DNA of 64,000 nucleotides from an uncultured Candidatus Saccharibacteria bacterium (GTDB lineage Bacteria; Patescibacteriota; Minisyncoccia; Phycocordibacterales; UBA2100): NCBI GenBank assembly GCA_964654205.1, contig CAZZHR010000001.1, positions 65,953 to 129,952 of the forward strand, read 5' to 3'. Shown piece by piece: positions 55,103 to 64,000 of this stretch (position 1 is its first letter; each line of letters starts with the position of its first letter). The notes under the pieces were generated by a model. It saw only the letters and a program-made list of their open reading frames with translations, ran no database searches and was not told where the DNA came from. The position numbers and the translations under genes were made by a program.

Positions 55103-56377
55103 ATGATGGAAACTTTCCTCAGAAAAATGCGCCTCGTTATCGAAGACGAGACGCTTCGCAAGCGCATTCTTTTCGTACTCGGCGCGCTCGTCGTTTTCCG
55201 TCTGCTTGCGGCAATACCGGTGCCAGGAGTCAGCATTTCGTCGCTCGAATCGCTCCTCTTGAACAATCAGTTCCTGGGTCTCTTCAACCTCTTCTCGGGC
55301 GGCGGCTTCTCGAGTCTCTCGATTGTCATGCTCGGCGTGGGCCCGTACATCACCGCATCCATCGTCATGCAGCTCATGACGGTGCTTGTCCCCAAACTCA
55401 AGGAGATGTACCAGGAAGAGGGTGACGCGGGGCGTCAGCGTTTCTCCATGTACAGCCGCTACCTCACGATTCCGCTTGCCTTTTTGCAGGCTTTCGGTTT
55501 CTTGCTCCTCTTGCAGCAGAACGGTGTGGTACCCGCGCTCGCGCCGCTTGCCTTTGCGACCAACGTCGTCGTCATTGCGGCAGGCTCCATACTCCTCATG
55601 TGGATAGGCGAGCTCATCACGGAATTCGGGGTCGGCAACGGTGTCTCGCTCATCATTTTCGCGGGTATCGTCGCGGCCATGCCGAGCCAGCTCTCGCAGG
55701 CGCTCTTTGCATTCGACATCTCCCAGCTTCCGACCTACATCGGCTTTATTGCAGCGGCCATCGTCATCATGGCGGGCGTCGTCTTTATCACTGAATCGGA
55801 GAGGCCGATTCCCGTGACCTACGCGCGCCGTGTCCGCGGCAACAAAGTCCTCGGCGGCATCTCTACGTACCTGCCGCTCCGCGTCAACCAGGCGGGAGTC
55901 ATGCCGATAATCTTCGCGCTCTCGTTCCTGCTCTTCCCGCAGATGATCGCCACGTTCCTTGCGCAATCCCCCGTGGGGTGGCTCTCCTCGGGTGCGACTG
56001 CGGTGGTGAACAGCCTTGCCAACAATTGGGTGTACGGCTCGCTCTACTTCCTCCTCGTCGTCGTCTTCACGTACTTCTACACGGCGATTACCTTTGAGCC
56101 GAACCAAATCGCGAAGAACTTACAGAAGAACGGCGCATTCATTCCTGGTGTGCGCCCGGGGCTCATGACGAGCGAGTACCTTGGCAACATCATCACGCGG
56201 ATTACGCTCGTCGGCGCACTCTTCCTCGGCATCCTCGCCGTCTTGCCCATAATCCTTCAGGGTGTGACAGGTATCACAGCGATAACCATCGGCGGTACCG
56301 CACTCCTCATCGTGGTTTCGGTGGTGCTCGATGTGGTCAAGAAGGTCGACGCTCAAACATCTATCCGCGAGTATTAA
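55103..56377 (+). CDS. secY: Preprotein translocase subunit SecY
   Basis: 10 TM helices at the canonical position, with 'GGGFSSLSIVMLGVGPYITASIVMQL' and 'EFGVGNGVSLIIFAGIV' motifs. Confidence 0.95.
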   Translation: MMETFLRKMRLVIEDETLRKRILFVLGALVVFRLLAAIPVPGVSISSLESLLLNNQFLGLFNLFSGGGFSSLSIVMLGVGPYITASIVMQLMTVLVPKLKEMYQEEGDAGRQRFSMYSRYLTIPLAFLQAFGFLLLLQQNGVVPALAPLAFATNVVVIAAGSILLMWIGELITEFGVGNGVSLIIFAGIVAAMPSQLSQALFAFDISQLPTYIGFIAAAIVIMAGVVFITESERPIPVTYARRVRGNKVLGGISTYLPLRVNQAGVMPIIFALSFLLFPQMIATFLAQSPVGWLSSGATAVVNSLANNWVYGSLYFLLVVVFTYFYTAITFEPNQIAKNLQKNGAFIPGVRPGLMTSEYLGNIITRITLVGALFLGILAVLPIILQGVTGITAITIGGTALLIVVSVVLDVVKKVDAQTSIREY

Positions 56378-56378
56378 C

Positions 56379-56403
56379 AAAAAAGCCCTCGAGGGCTTTT
56401 TTG
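56379..56403 (+). terminator. Rho-independent terminator (AAAAAAGCCCTC-GAGGGCTTTTTTG)
   Basis: Immediately after the secY stop. Confidence 0.75.
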
Positions 56404-56434
56404 TTTCTAGGCGGAGTGCTACATTGCTCCCAAT

Positions 56435-57016
56435 ATGTCCAAGCAGGTCGTCGTCATCGCGGGTCCGAGTGGAAGCGGTAAGAACGCGATAATCAACAAA
56501 CTGCTTGAGCGATATCACAACTGCGCGCGCCTCGTTACGGCGACGACGCGCGCCATGCGTCCGGGCGAGAGGGATGGCGTCGACTACCACTTCTTCTCAC
56601 AAGAACGTTTTGATCAGGAGCTTGCCGCAGGACACATCCCCGAGCACCGATTCGTGCCGAGCCTCAACACATCGTACGGCATCTACACGCCCGAGCTCGA
56701 CAAACTCGTCAAGGCCGGGAAAATAGTTTTTGCCCAGGTCGATATCGAGGGCGCGAAGCTCCTTAAGGAGCGCTACAGAGCCACCTCGATTTTCATACTT
56801 CCCGAATCACTCGAACAGTTTAAGGGACGACTTCGTGCGCGTAACCCAGAGTGGAGTGACAAGGAGTTCGATGCACGCATGAAGATAACCGAAAATGAGC
56901 TTCGCGTGCATGCTCCGCAGTACGACTACCGCATTGTGAATGCAGACGGAAAACTCAGTGAAACCGTAGAAGAGGTCGTAGAAATATTGCGCAAAGAGGG
57001 GTATAGTCTTTCGTGA
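56435..57016 (+). CDS. gmk: Guanylate kinase
   Basis: P-loop 'IAGPSGSGKN', 'TTRAMRPGERDGVDYHF' and 'YGI' motifs. Confidence 0.85.
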   Translation: MSKQVVVIAGPSGSGKNAIINKLLERYHNCARLVTATTRAMRPGERDGVDYHFFSQERFDQELAAGHIPEHRFVPSLNTSYGIYTPELDKLVKAGKIVFAQVDIEGAKLLKERYRATSIFILPESLEQFKGRLRARNPEWSDKEFDARMKITENELRVHAPQYDYRIVNADGKLSETVEEVVEILRKEGYSLS

Positions 57017-57021
57017 ACAAC

Positions 57022-57612
57022 ATGGAACCAATCACAGTTGCTTTTTTCGGCATATCAGGCTCGGGCAAGGGCACGCAGGCAGAACTGCTCGAAAAGTACC
57101 TCAAGGAACACGATTCGCACGGAGTCATCCGCCCCGAGATGGGCAATCTGCTGCGCACGTACATGCAGTCGGGCACGCAATTCGCAAAGAAAACTGGCGA
57201 GATTGTCTCGAGCGGCGGTCTCGTGCCGTCGTTCATGCCTATCTATTTGCTCACAGGCACGCTCAACGAATCTTTCGACGGGTCGCAGCACGTGATACTC
57301 GACGGCACGTGCCGCCGCCCCGACCAGTCGCGTGCAGCCGACGACATGATGCGCCTTTTCGGAAGGACGAATTTGCACATTCTCTCGCTCGAGCTCACAC
57401 CCGAGAGCGCGAAGCAAAGACTCATCGCTCGCGGGAGGGCTGACGATGCCAAGGACGAAGCGATAGCGAATCGATTCGCCTGGTATCAAGAGCACGTCGT
57501 CCCCGCCATGCAAGAGCTCGAAAAATGCGGCTGGACGCTCCACAAGATAGACGGGGAACCCGGCGTAGAGGAGATTCACACAAATATTCTTGCCACTCTA
57601 GCTCTCTCGTAA
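57022..57612 (+). CDS. adk: Adenylate kinase (short, lid without zinc knuckle)
   Basis: 'FFGISGSGKGTQAELL' P-loop and 'ILDGTCRRPDQ' NMP/lid pattern. Confidence 0.88.
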   Translation: MEPITVAFFGISGSGKGTQAELLEKYLKEHDSHGVIRPEMGNLLRTYMQSGTQFAKKTGEIVSSGGLVPSFMPIYLLTGTLNESFDGSQHVILDGTCRRPDQSRAADDMMRLFGRTNLHILSLELTPESAKQRLIARGRADDAKDEAIANRFAWYQEHVVPAMQELEKCGWTLHKIDGEPGVEEIHTNILATLALS

Positions 57613-57653
57613 GGTCTGACCTTCAGGACCCAAAAAGGTCGGACCTTGAACGT

Positions 57654-58412
57654 ATGATCGCGAAAACCCAAGAAGAGATAGAAATACTGCGCGAGGGTGG
57701 GCGTAGGCTCGCGCGTCATGTCCGCATCCTCTCAGAGATGGTAAAGCCGGGTGTGAGCGGCGCCTCTCTCGAAGCGAAAGCACGGGAGATGGTCGCGGCT
57801 GATGGTGACACGATGGCCTTCCACGAATACGGCAAGCCGCCGTTCCCGTCGGGGCTCTGCGTCTCGGTCAACGACACCATCGTGCACTCTCCCGCGGGGC
57901 AAAATGGCTCAGTGTTTGAAGAGGGTGACGTGGTGTGCCTCGATTTCGGCATCGTGCACAAAGGGCTCTACACAGACCATGCGGTCACCGTGATTGCAGG
58001 TAAGGCACAGAGTGAAGATGACAAGCGGCTTGTGCGTGGCGTCTTCGAAGCGCTCCAGCTCGGCATCGACCAGGCACGAGTGGGCAACTTCACGGGCGAC
58101 ATCGGTCACGCAGTCGAGCGCTATGCAAAGAAAAACGGATTCGGCTACCCGAAGAATCTCTCCGGTCACGGCGTCGGCAAGCAAGTGCACGAAGAGCCAC
58201 ACGTGCCGAACTTCGGCGCCCCCCAAAGCGGCGTAAAGCTCGAAGAAGGCCTCGTCATCGCGATAGAGCCGATGTTCACGCTCGGCTCGGGTGAACTCTT
58301 TGTCGATAAAGACGGCCACGGATACCGCACGAAAGACAAGTCACGCGCGGCACACGCAGAACACACCGTCATCGTCACGCAGGGTGGCGCGGAAATCCTC
58401 ACGAAAGAATAG
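57654..58412 (+). CDS. map: Methionine aminopeptidase type I
   Basis: 'KTQEEIEILREGG', 'DFG...GLYTDHAVT', 'GHGVGKQVHEEP', 'FTLG' metal-ligand motifs. Confidence 0.92.
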   Translation: MIAKTQEEIEILREGGRRLARHVRILSEMVKPGVSGASLEAKAREMVAADGDTMAFHEYGKPPFPSGLCVSVNDTIVHSPAGQNGSVFEEGDVVCLDFGIVHKGLYTDHAVTVIAGKAQSEDDKRLVRGVFEALQLGIDQARVGNFTGDIGHAVERYAKKNGFGYPKNLSGHGVGKQVHEEPHVPNFGAPQSGVKLEEGLVIAIEPMFTLGSGELFVDKDGHGYRTKDKSRAAHAEHTVIVTQGGAEILTKE

Positions 58413-58414
58413 CC

Positions 58415-58957
58415 ATGAATATCACTGTTTTTTGCGCGGCCAGTACCGTTGACCAAAAATATGTAGTCGCTGCGCAAGATCTCGCGCGCCTAGTTGGCGA
58501 GCGCGGCCACGGGCTCGTCTGGGGCGGTTCGAGCAACGGGCTCATGAAAGTGATGGCCGAGGGGGTGAAGGAATCCGGCGGGAGAATCGTGGGCATTACG
58601 GTGGAGTTCTTGAAAGAGTTCGCGCACAAGGACGCGCACGAGATGATAGTGGCGAAAACACTCGGCGAGCGCAGGGCTGCCCTGCTCGAAAGGGGGGACG
58701 CGCTCATCGTGCTACCTGGCGGGCTCGGGACGCTCGATGAGGCGACCGAAGTACTTGAACTAAAAAAGCACAAACATCACGACAAGAAAGTCGTCATTTT
58801 GAATACGGACGGTTTCTACGACGGTCTCAAGCAACAGTTTGAGCGGATTGACGCTGAGGGCTTTCTCATGAGCACGAAGCATCCGCGTCCGCTTGGCGAA
58901 CTCGTATTTTTTGCCAATACACCCGAGGATGCGATGCGGTACATCGAAATGAACTAA
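58415..58957 (+). CDS. LOG-family (cytokinin riboside 5'-monophosphate phosphoribohydrolase / TIGR00730) protein
   Basis: 'VWGGSSNGLMKVMA' and 'VLPGGLGTLDEATEV' LOG motifs. Confidence 0.8.
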   Translation: MNITVFCAASTVDQKYVVAAQDLARLVGERGHGLVWGGSSNGLMKVMAEGVKESGGRIVGITVEFLKEFAHKDAHEMIVAKTLGERRAALLERGDALIVLPGGLGTLDEATEVLELKKHKHHDKKVVILNTDGFYDGLKQQFERIDAEGFLMSTKHPRPLGELVFFANTPEDAMRYIEMN

Positions 58958-58991
58958 CCGTATCCGTATCTCTTTGCCGCCATTGCGATAC

Positions 58992-59025
58992 GTACCGATT
59001 CATATCTATAGGATATAATCGGTAC
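58992..59025. promoter_or_regulatory. Operator-like inverted repeat GTACCGATT-16 nt-AATCGGTAC embedding a perfect TATAAT (59014..59019), 7 nt before the PaaX-like start codon
   Basis: Read directly. The arms match the 32090..32109 site. The -10 position implies a leaderless transcript. Confidence 0.55.
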
Positions 59026-59589
59026 ATGGGAATCCAGGAGAAAGAGTCAAAGCGGCGTGCGAAAAAGTACGAATTGCAGCGGCTGATACTCCAGTCAGTC
59101 AAGGCGGCGGGATTACTTTCGGTTGCGCTGGTGGCCCCAAATGTGGTGGGTGCCATGGCCAAGCTAGGACTCATTCGCTCACCTAGGCAACAAGATGTCA
59201 TAGGTCGCAGTTCTGCGCGCTTGGTACGATCAGGACTTTTGGAGTGGAACGCGGGCAAGCTGCGGCTCACCGCTAAAGGTGAGCGCAAGTTGCGAGAGTT
59301 GTCCTTGCGTGAACAAATTGCAAAGCGGCCACGGAGATGGGATGGTAAGTGGCGTGTCCTGGTATTCGACATCCCGGAGCGGCGAAAGGCAATCCGCATC
59401 AAGTTGCGAGTTACACTCAACGGCATCGGGTTTTACCGCCTGCAAGACAGTGTTTGGGTGTACCCTTTTGACTGCGAGGACTTCGTCCAGCTCCTAAAGG
59501 CAGGTTTCCGGGTCGGAGACGATGTGCGGTACATGATAGTGGACTCAATCGAGCGTGACGAGCGTATGAGAGCTCACTTCAAAGTGTGA
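59026..59589 (+). CDS. PaaX-family-like putative transcriptional regulator, paralog 2
   Basis: 'WDGKWRVLVFDIPERRKAIRIKLRVTLNGIGFYRLQDSVWVYPFDCED' closely parallels 18614..19162 and the E. coli PaaX 'WDGKW' region. The N-terminus is wHTH-like. Confidence 0.55.
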   Translation: MGIQEKESKRRAKKYELQRLILQSVKAAGLLSVALVAPNVVGAMAKLGLIRSPRQQDVIGRSSARLVRSGLLEWNAGKLRLTAKGERKLRELSLREQIAKRPRRWDGKWRVLVFDIPERRKAIRIKLRVTLNGIGFYRLQDSVWVYPFDCEDFVQLLKAGFRVGDDVRYMIVDSIERDERMRAHFKV

Positions 59590-59590
59590 C

Positions 59591-59624
59591 GTACCAATCT
59601 ATATCTATAGATTGAGATTGGTAC
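59591..59624. promoter_or_regulatory. Inverted repeat GTACCAATCT-14 nt-AGATTGGTAC with central ATCTATAGAT palindrome, immediately after the PaaX-like stop
   Basis: Read directly. It may be an operator and/or a terminator hairpin. Confidence 0.5.
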
Positions 59625-59666
59625 AGGGTTGATGTTGTATTGCAGACTATTGATACAATATGGCGG

Positions 59667-60932
59667 ATGGATGTTCTTCTGATAGGAAGCGGAGGAAGGG
59701 AGCATGCGCTCGCGTGGAAGCTCAAGCAATCGAAAGGTTTGGGCAAGCTTTTTATCGCACCGGGAAATGCGGGCACACGTGAATTGGGCGAGAATGTCCC
59801 GATATCCGCAACCGAAATCTCGCAGCTGGCGCAGTTTGCCGAGAGCCAGGCGATAGGACTCACGATCGTCGGTCCCGACGATCCGCTCGCGCTCGGTGTT
59901 GTTGATGAGTTCCGAAAGAGGGGACTTCGGATATTCGGACCTACCAAAGCCGCAGCACAAATCGAAAGCTCGAAAGCTTTCGCGAAGGAGTTGATGAAGG
60001 AGGCCGGCATCCCTACGGCGGAGTACGGTACGTTTACCGATTTCAACTCGGCACTCGGCTACGTGCGGCAGAAAGGCGCGCCCATCGTAGTGAAGGCGAG
60101 CGGACTCGCACTCGGCAAAGGTGTCTCAGTATGCAAGACGCTCGAAGAAGCTGAAGCGGCGCTCGAAGATATCATGGTGAAAAAGACGCTGGGCGAGGCG
60201 GGGAGCGAGGTTGTGGTCGAGGAGTACCTGGAAGGGCAAGAGATATCGATACACGCCCTCTCCGATGGGATCGACTTCAAACTGTTCCCAGCCGCGCAAG
60301 ACCACAAGAGAGCCCTCGACGGCGACCAGGGCAAAAATACCGGCGGCATGGGCACTATTGCGCCCGTGCCATGGGTCGCGGAGAGCATGATGCAGGACAT
60401 CGAGCGGCGCGTCGTGAGACCTACGCTCGAAGCGATAGCATTTCGCGGCGGCCTTTTCACCGGAGTGCTTTTTCCCGGCATCATCATGACGGTGCAGGGT
60501 CCTAAGGTGCTCGAATTCAATGCCCGCTTCGGCGACCCGGAGACGCAAGTGTACATGCGGCTGCTGAAGAACGATTTACTCGAAGTTTTGAATGCAGTTG
60601 TCGACAAGCGACTGGGTGAAATACATCTCGAATGGCTGCCGGAACATGCAGCGAATGTCGTCCTTGCTTCGGGTGGCTATCCGGACGCGTACGAGAAAGG
60701 TCACGAAATAACAGGAGTTGAAGAGGCGGGAAAGCTGCAGGATGTCGTCGTCTTTCACGCAGGCACATCCTCTGGTGACGGCGGGCTCAAGACAGCCGGC
60801 GGGCGCGTTCTCGGCGTATCGGCGATAGGCAGTCCTCTCAAGCACGCGCTCGACAAGGCGTACGCGGCAGCTGACAAAATCCAGTTCCAGGGCAAGCAGA
60901 TGCGTCGCGACATCGGCGCGAAATCTCTATAA
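59667..60932 (+). CDS. purD: Phosphoribosylamine–glycine ligase
   Basis: 'MDVLLIGSGGREHALAWKL' N-terminus and an ATP-grasp core ('VVKASGLALGKGV', 'EEYLEGQEIS'). Confidence 0.9.
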   Translation: MDVLLIGSGGREHALAWKLKQSKGLGKLFIAPGNAGTRELGENVPISATEISQLAQFAESQAIGLTIVGPDDPLALGVVDEFRKRGLRIFGPTKAAAQIESSKAFAKELMKEAGIPTAEYGTFTDFNSALGYVRQKGAPIVVKASGLALGKGVSVCKTLEEAEAALEDIMVKKTLGEAGSEVVVEEYLEGQEISIHALSDGIDFKLFPAAQDHKRALDGDQGKNTGGMGTIAPVPWVAESMMQDIERRVVRPTLEAIAFRGGLFTGVLFPGIIMTVQGPKVLEFNARFGDPETQVYMRLLKNDLLEVLNAVVDKRLGEIHLEWLPEHAANVVLASGGYPDAYEKGHEITGVEEAGKLQDVVVFHAGTSSGDGGLKTAGGRVLGVSAIGSPLKHALDKAYAAADKIQFQGKQMRRDIGAKSL

Positions 60933-60955
60933 GGACATCTGGTAGAATCAATCAT

Positions 60956-61162
60956 ATGAATCAGCCAACATGGGGGGATAGGCTTTTTGGCAAGAGAAAA
61001 GTGAGTTCGCTTGAACTTGTAGGCGAACTACTGCTTGGGCCATTCTTTATCTATACGGGCATAACTCAGTCGGAAAGTATCATTACATTCGTCTTCATGC
61101 TTATCCTTGGGTTGGGGCTACTTGTTAAAGGCGTTCGAGATTTGCGCAGAGGCGATACATAA
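60956..61162 (+). CDS. Small hypothetical membrane protein (68 aa, 2 TM)
   Basis: Hydrophobic ORF with no motif. Confidence 0.35.
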   Translation: MNQPTWGDRLFGKRKVSSLELVGELLLGPFFIYTGITQSESIITFVFMLILGLGLLVKGVRDLRRGDT

Positions 61163-61187
61163 GATTCGCGAGTGATATACTTTCACT

Positions 61188-63989
61188 ATGCAACCGCGAC
61201 ATGCGGAGCGCCTGCGCGCGTCACACGAGAAATTCAAGTCTCCGGAGGAGGAGCTCGCGTATTTGCGCGAGCGGGTAAAGGAAAAAGAGAGGGAGCTGGA
61301 AGTACCGGCGAGCAAATTCGAGACAGACCGCATCGCCAAAAAGGAGCTCGCTGAGTATGCGGATACGCCCGCCGCCACTATCCTGCACGAGACTATCATC
61401 ATGCCGGAGCACGAGACGCTCCGGAACATCCTCAAGCTCGAACCTGAAGTGCACGATGCGCAGCTCGACGGCCTACTGGAGATAGTTTCCCAGCGCGGCA
61501 TTCGCAATGCGCTCTCCGTCGTCGCACGCATGAAAAATCCGCATCTCGAAGACGACCTGCACCGCGCACTCGTTCGGTACGTCGCTGAGGGCTTGCCGCA
61601 AAAGGGACTTCCCCTTCCTGAGAAGATACAGCACGCGCTTCACCTCGTGCTCTTTGAGGTGCAGCCGCAGGCGCACGGCGAGGGGACAAAGGAAGAGGCG
61701 AGGCAGACAAAGCTCGAACAGCTCCTCGCATCTTCTGAGCAGCTCTACGCGGGGCTGACCGCGATGGTGCAGCATGGGGAAGGGTTCTCGCTCGAAATAT
61801 CGGTGGCCGAAGGTACCGAGGCGGCATCTCTCTACCTCGCGGTGCCACGCAGCAAGAAGACGATGGCAGAGCGCCTCATCTCATCAGTGTTTCCAAATTC
61901 GCGCGTGAGCGAATGCCGCGGCGATTACAACATCTTCAACTACGAGGGTGAGCACGCGGCGGCGTACGCTACGCTCAAGGACCATCCCGCATTCCCGCTC
62001 AAGACGCCGGATATGTTTGAGCACGATCCGATGAATGTCGCTCTCGCGGCATTTGCCAAGATTGCAAAACATGGCGAGGGCGCGGCGATGCAAATCACTG
62101 TATCCAACGAAGAGGAACGGTACAATCACCACTACAAGAAAGTCCTCCGTGAACTCGAAAAGGGAAAGAAAATCCACGACGCACTCAAGGTGCCAGAGAC
62201 AGTGCTTGGTGAGGCTTTTCGCGACGCGGCCAAACAAATATTCTCGCCGAAAAGGCATCAGGAAGAGCTCGATAAGGAGTATCGTCGCAACTCAGACCAA
62301 GTCGCCACAGAAGAGATAAGCCGCAAGATAAAGACGCGCATCGCGCCCGCGAGTATCCGTATCGTCGCCTCCGCACCCACGCATGCGCGCGCGAAAGACC
62401 TACTCGACAACGTCATCGCTTCCTTTAGTCAGTACGACAACCCAAGAGGCAATTCGCTTCACTTTAAGCATGTCGGCAGCTGGAGCATGGCGAGTTTCCT
62501 TCGCGATTTCACGTATCGGACGTTCGACTCGTCGCTCGCACTCCCGCTCTCCTTGGCCGAAATATCCGCGATGTTCCACTTCACAGCCGAGCGCGTCACG
62601 ACATCGCGCGAACTCAAGAGGGCGCATGCGAAACAAGCTCCTGCGCCCGTCGAAATGTCGCATGATGGAATTCAGATAGGCATCAATCGCTACGGCGCCG
62701 ACGAGACGTCGGTGTACTTTGCACCAGGCGACAGGCTTCGTCACTGCTATGTCATCGGACAGACGGGTACCGGTAAGACGGGGCTCATCAAGAACATGAT
62801 TATCCAGGACATTCGCAACGGTGAGGGTGTCGCGTTCATCGACCCGCACGGCAACGACATCGAAGACGTTCTCGCGTCTATTCCGCCTGAGCGCATGAAA
62901 GATGTCATCTATTTCGACCCCGCTTACACGGCGCGGCCGATGGGGCTCAACATGCTCGAGTACGACCGCTCGAGACCCGAGATGAAGACGTTCGTCGTGG
63001 ACGAAGTGTACGGCATCTTCCGCAAACTCTACGCCGACGTGCCGGAGGCGTTCGGTCCTATGTTCGAGCAGTACTACAGGAACGCCGTGCAGCTCGTCGT
63101 CGAGGACCCGGATACGGGCAGTACGTTCGTGGAAATACCGCGTGTGTTCGCTGACAAAGCGTTCCGGGAGCTCAAGCTCTCACGCTGCCCGAACCCCATC
63201 ATCGTCCAGTTCTGGCGCAAAATAGCAATGGAAGCGCAGGGTGACGCGTCGCTCGGCGATATCGCGCCGTATATCACGAGTAAGTTCGACGTCTTTCTGG
63301 CCAACGACATCATGCGCCCGATAGTCTCCCAGGAGAAATCAGCCTTCAATTTCCGCGAAATAATGGACAGCAAGAAGATATTCCTCGCAAACCTCTCAAA
63401 GGGTCGCCTCGGAGAGCGCAACACGTCGCTCCTTGGTCTGATTCTCGTGTCGAAATTCCTGCAGGCCGCGTTCTCGCGCGTGGACTCGCGCGATTTCCCG
63501 GTCTTCTACATGTACATCGATGAGTTCCAGAACTTCGCGACGCCCAGCATCGCTACGATTCTCTCCGAAGCCCGCAAGTACAAGCTTTCTCTCACGATAG
63601 CCCACCAGTTCATCGCACAGCTCGAGGAGAACATCCGCGACGCGGTTATCGGCAACGTCGGCACCAAGATATCGATGCGCATAGGTACGACCGACGCAGA
63701 GTTTCTTGAAAAACAATTTGCGCCTACGTTTACTGCGCAGGACCTGGAGAACTTGCCCAATAGGAACGCTGTCGCCGCGCTCCTCGTGGGTGGGACACCT
63801 GCGCGACCTTTCACTATCGAGACGATGAACCTCCCGCAATTCGACTTCTCGCACACGGATGAACTGAAGCAGCTTTCATATCAAAGATATGGTCGCGCAA
63901 GGGAAGAGGTGGAAGCAGAAATACGGCAGCGTTTCGGCCAGTCGGTGAAGCCCATCGAGCAAGGACTGCCGTCCCCGTACTTCCAGTAA
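61188..63989 (+). CDS. VirD4/TraD/TraG-like coupling-protein-type AAA+ ATPase with ~470-aa soluble N-terminal extension
   Basis: Walker A 'VIGQTGTGKTG', Walker B/TraG-D_C-like 'FYMYIDEFQNFATPSIATILSEARKYKLSLTIAHQFIAQL'. No N-terminal TM helices. Confidence 0.65.
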   Translation: MQPRHAERLRASHEKFKSPEEELAYLRERVKEKERELEVPASKFETDRIAKKELAEYADTPAATILHETIIMPEHETLRNILKLEPEVHDAQLDGLLEIVSQRGIRNALSVVARMKNPHLEDDLHRALVRYVAEGLPQKGLPLPEKIQHALHLVLFEVQPQAHGEGTKEEARQTKLEQLLASSEQLYAGLTAMVQHGEGFSLEISVAEGTEAASLYLAVPRSKKTMAERLISSVFPNSRVSECRGDYNIFNYEGEHAAAYATLKDHPAFPLKTPDMFEHDPMNVALAAFAKIAKHGEGAAMQITVSNEEERYNHHYKKVLRELEKGKKIHDALKVPETVLGEAFRDAAKQIFSPKRHQEELDKEYRRNSDQVATEEISRKIKTRIAPASIRIVASAPTHARAKDLLDNVIASFSQYDNPRGNSLHFKHVGSWSMASFLRDFTYRTFDSSLALPLSLAEISAMFHFTAERVTTSRELKRAHAKQAPAPVEMSHDGIQIGINRYGADETSVYFAPGDRLRHCYVIGQTGTGKTGLIKNMIIQDIRNGEGVAFIDPHGNDIEDVLASIPPERMKDVIYFDPAYTARPMGLNMLEYDRSRPEMKTFVVDEVYGIFRKLYADVPEAFGPMFEQYYRNAVQLVVEDPDTGSTFVEIPRVFADKAFRELKLSRCPNPIIVQFWRKIAMEAQGDASLGDIAPYITSKFDVFLANDIMRPIVSQEKSAFNFREIMDSKKIFLANLSKGRLGERNTSLLGLILVSKFLQAAFSRVDSRDFPVFYMYIDEFQNFATPSIATILSEARKYKLSLTIAHQFIAQLEENIRDAVIGNVGTKISMRIGTTDAEFLEKQFAPTFTAQDLENLPNRNAVAALLVGGTPARPFTIETMNLPQFDFSHTDELKQLSYQRYGRAREEVEAEIRQRFGQSVKPIEQGLPSPYFQ

Positions 63990-64000
63990 CTCGGAGGCTG

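Noticed and set aside
53658-56107. Long minus-strand ORFs (53658..54692, 55046..56107)
   Set aside because: Antisense to rplR/rpsE/rplO/secY. Arg-rich shadow ORFs.

Overview
This 64-kb window (about 59–60% GC) looks like a small-genome, CPR/Patescibacteria-like bacterium, inferred from gene content; no rRNA, tRNA, CRISPR array, transposase or integrase was found. Its backbone is a near-complete, canonically ordered str–S10–spc ribosomal superoperon: rpsL-rpsG | fusA | tuf | rpsJ | rplC-rplD-rplW-rplB | rpsS-rplV-rpsC-rplP-rpmC-rpsQ-rplN | rplX-rplE | rpsN-rpsH-rplF-rplR-rpsE-rplO-secY-gmk-adk-map. L30 is absent. The superoperon is cut at seven or more points by accessory insertions. Upstream lie a type IV pilus block (partial pilC plus three pilin-like genes), tpiA-pgk, a secreted protein carrying PG-binding, PKD and two Kazal-like domains, a HIT protein, recJ, RNase HI with a C-terminal hybrid-binding domain, a ComEC split into two genes around a compositionally foreign high-GC island, sod, rpmB and an M50 protease. 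The largest insertion, about 14 kb between rpsJ and rplC, is the most interesting part of the window. It carries a standalone YcaO next to a divergent SagB-type (nitroreductase-fold) dehydrogenase, an HTTM/VKGC-like polytopic membrane protein, a 20-Cys exported protein and two small signal-peptide peptides (one with six Cys). I could find no recognisable E1-like/RRE partner and no obvious precursor peptide, so the architecture appears undescribed. The same insertion also holds a PRTase–PQQ β-propeller fusion, a TPR protein and one of three paralogous secreted proteins that share a C-terminal module. Two copies of a two-gene module (glycine-rich secreted protein plus small membrane-anchored cupredoxin-like protein) flank the tuf–rpsJ interval. 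Two PaaX-like regulator paralogs sit inside the ribosomal cluster; one is flanked by GTACCGAT/ATCGGTAC inverted repeats that recur at the promoter of the Cys-rich peptide gene. The window ends with LOG, purD and a soluble VirD4/TraD-like ATPase carrying a long N-terminal extension.
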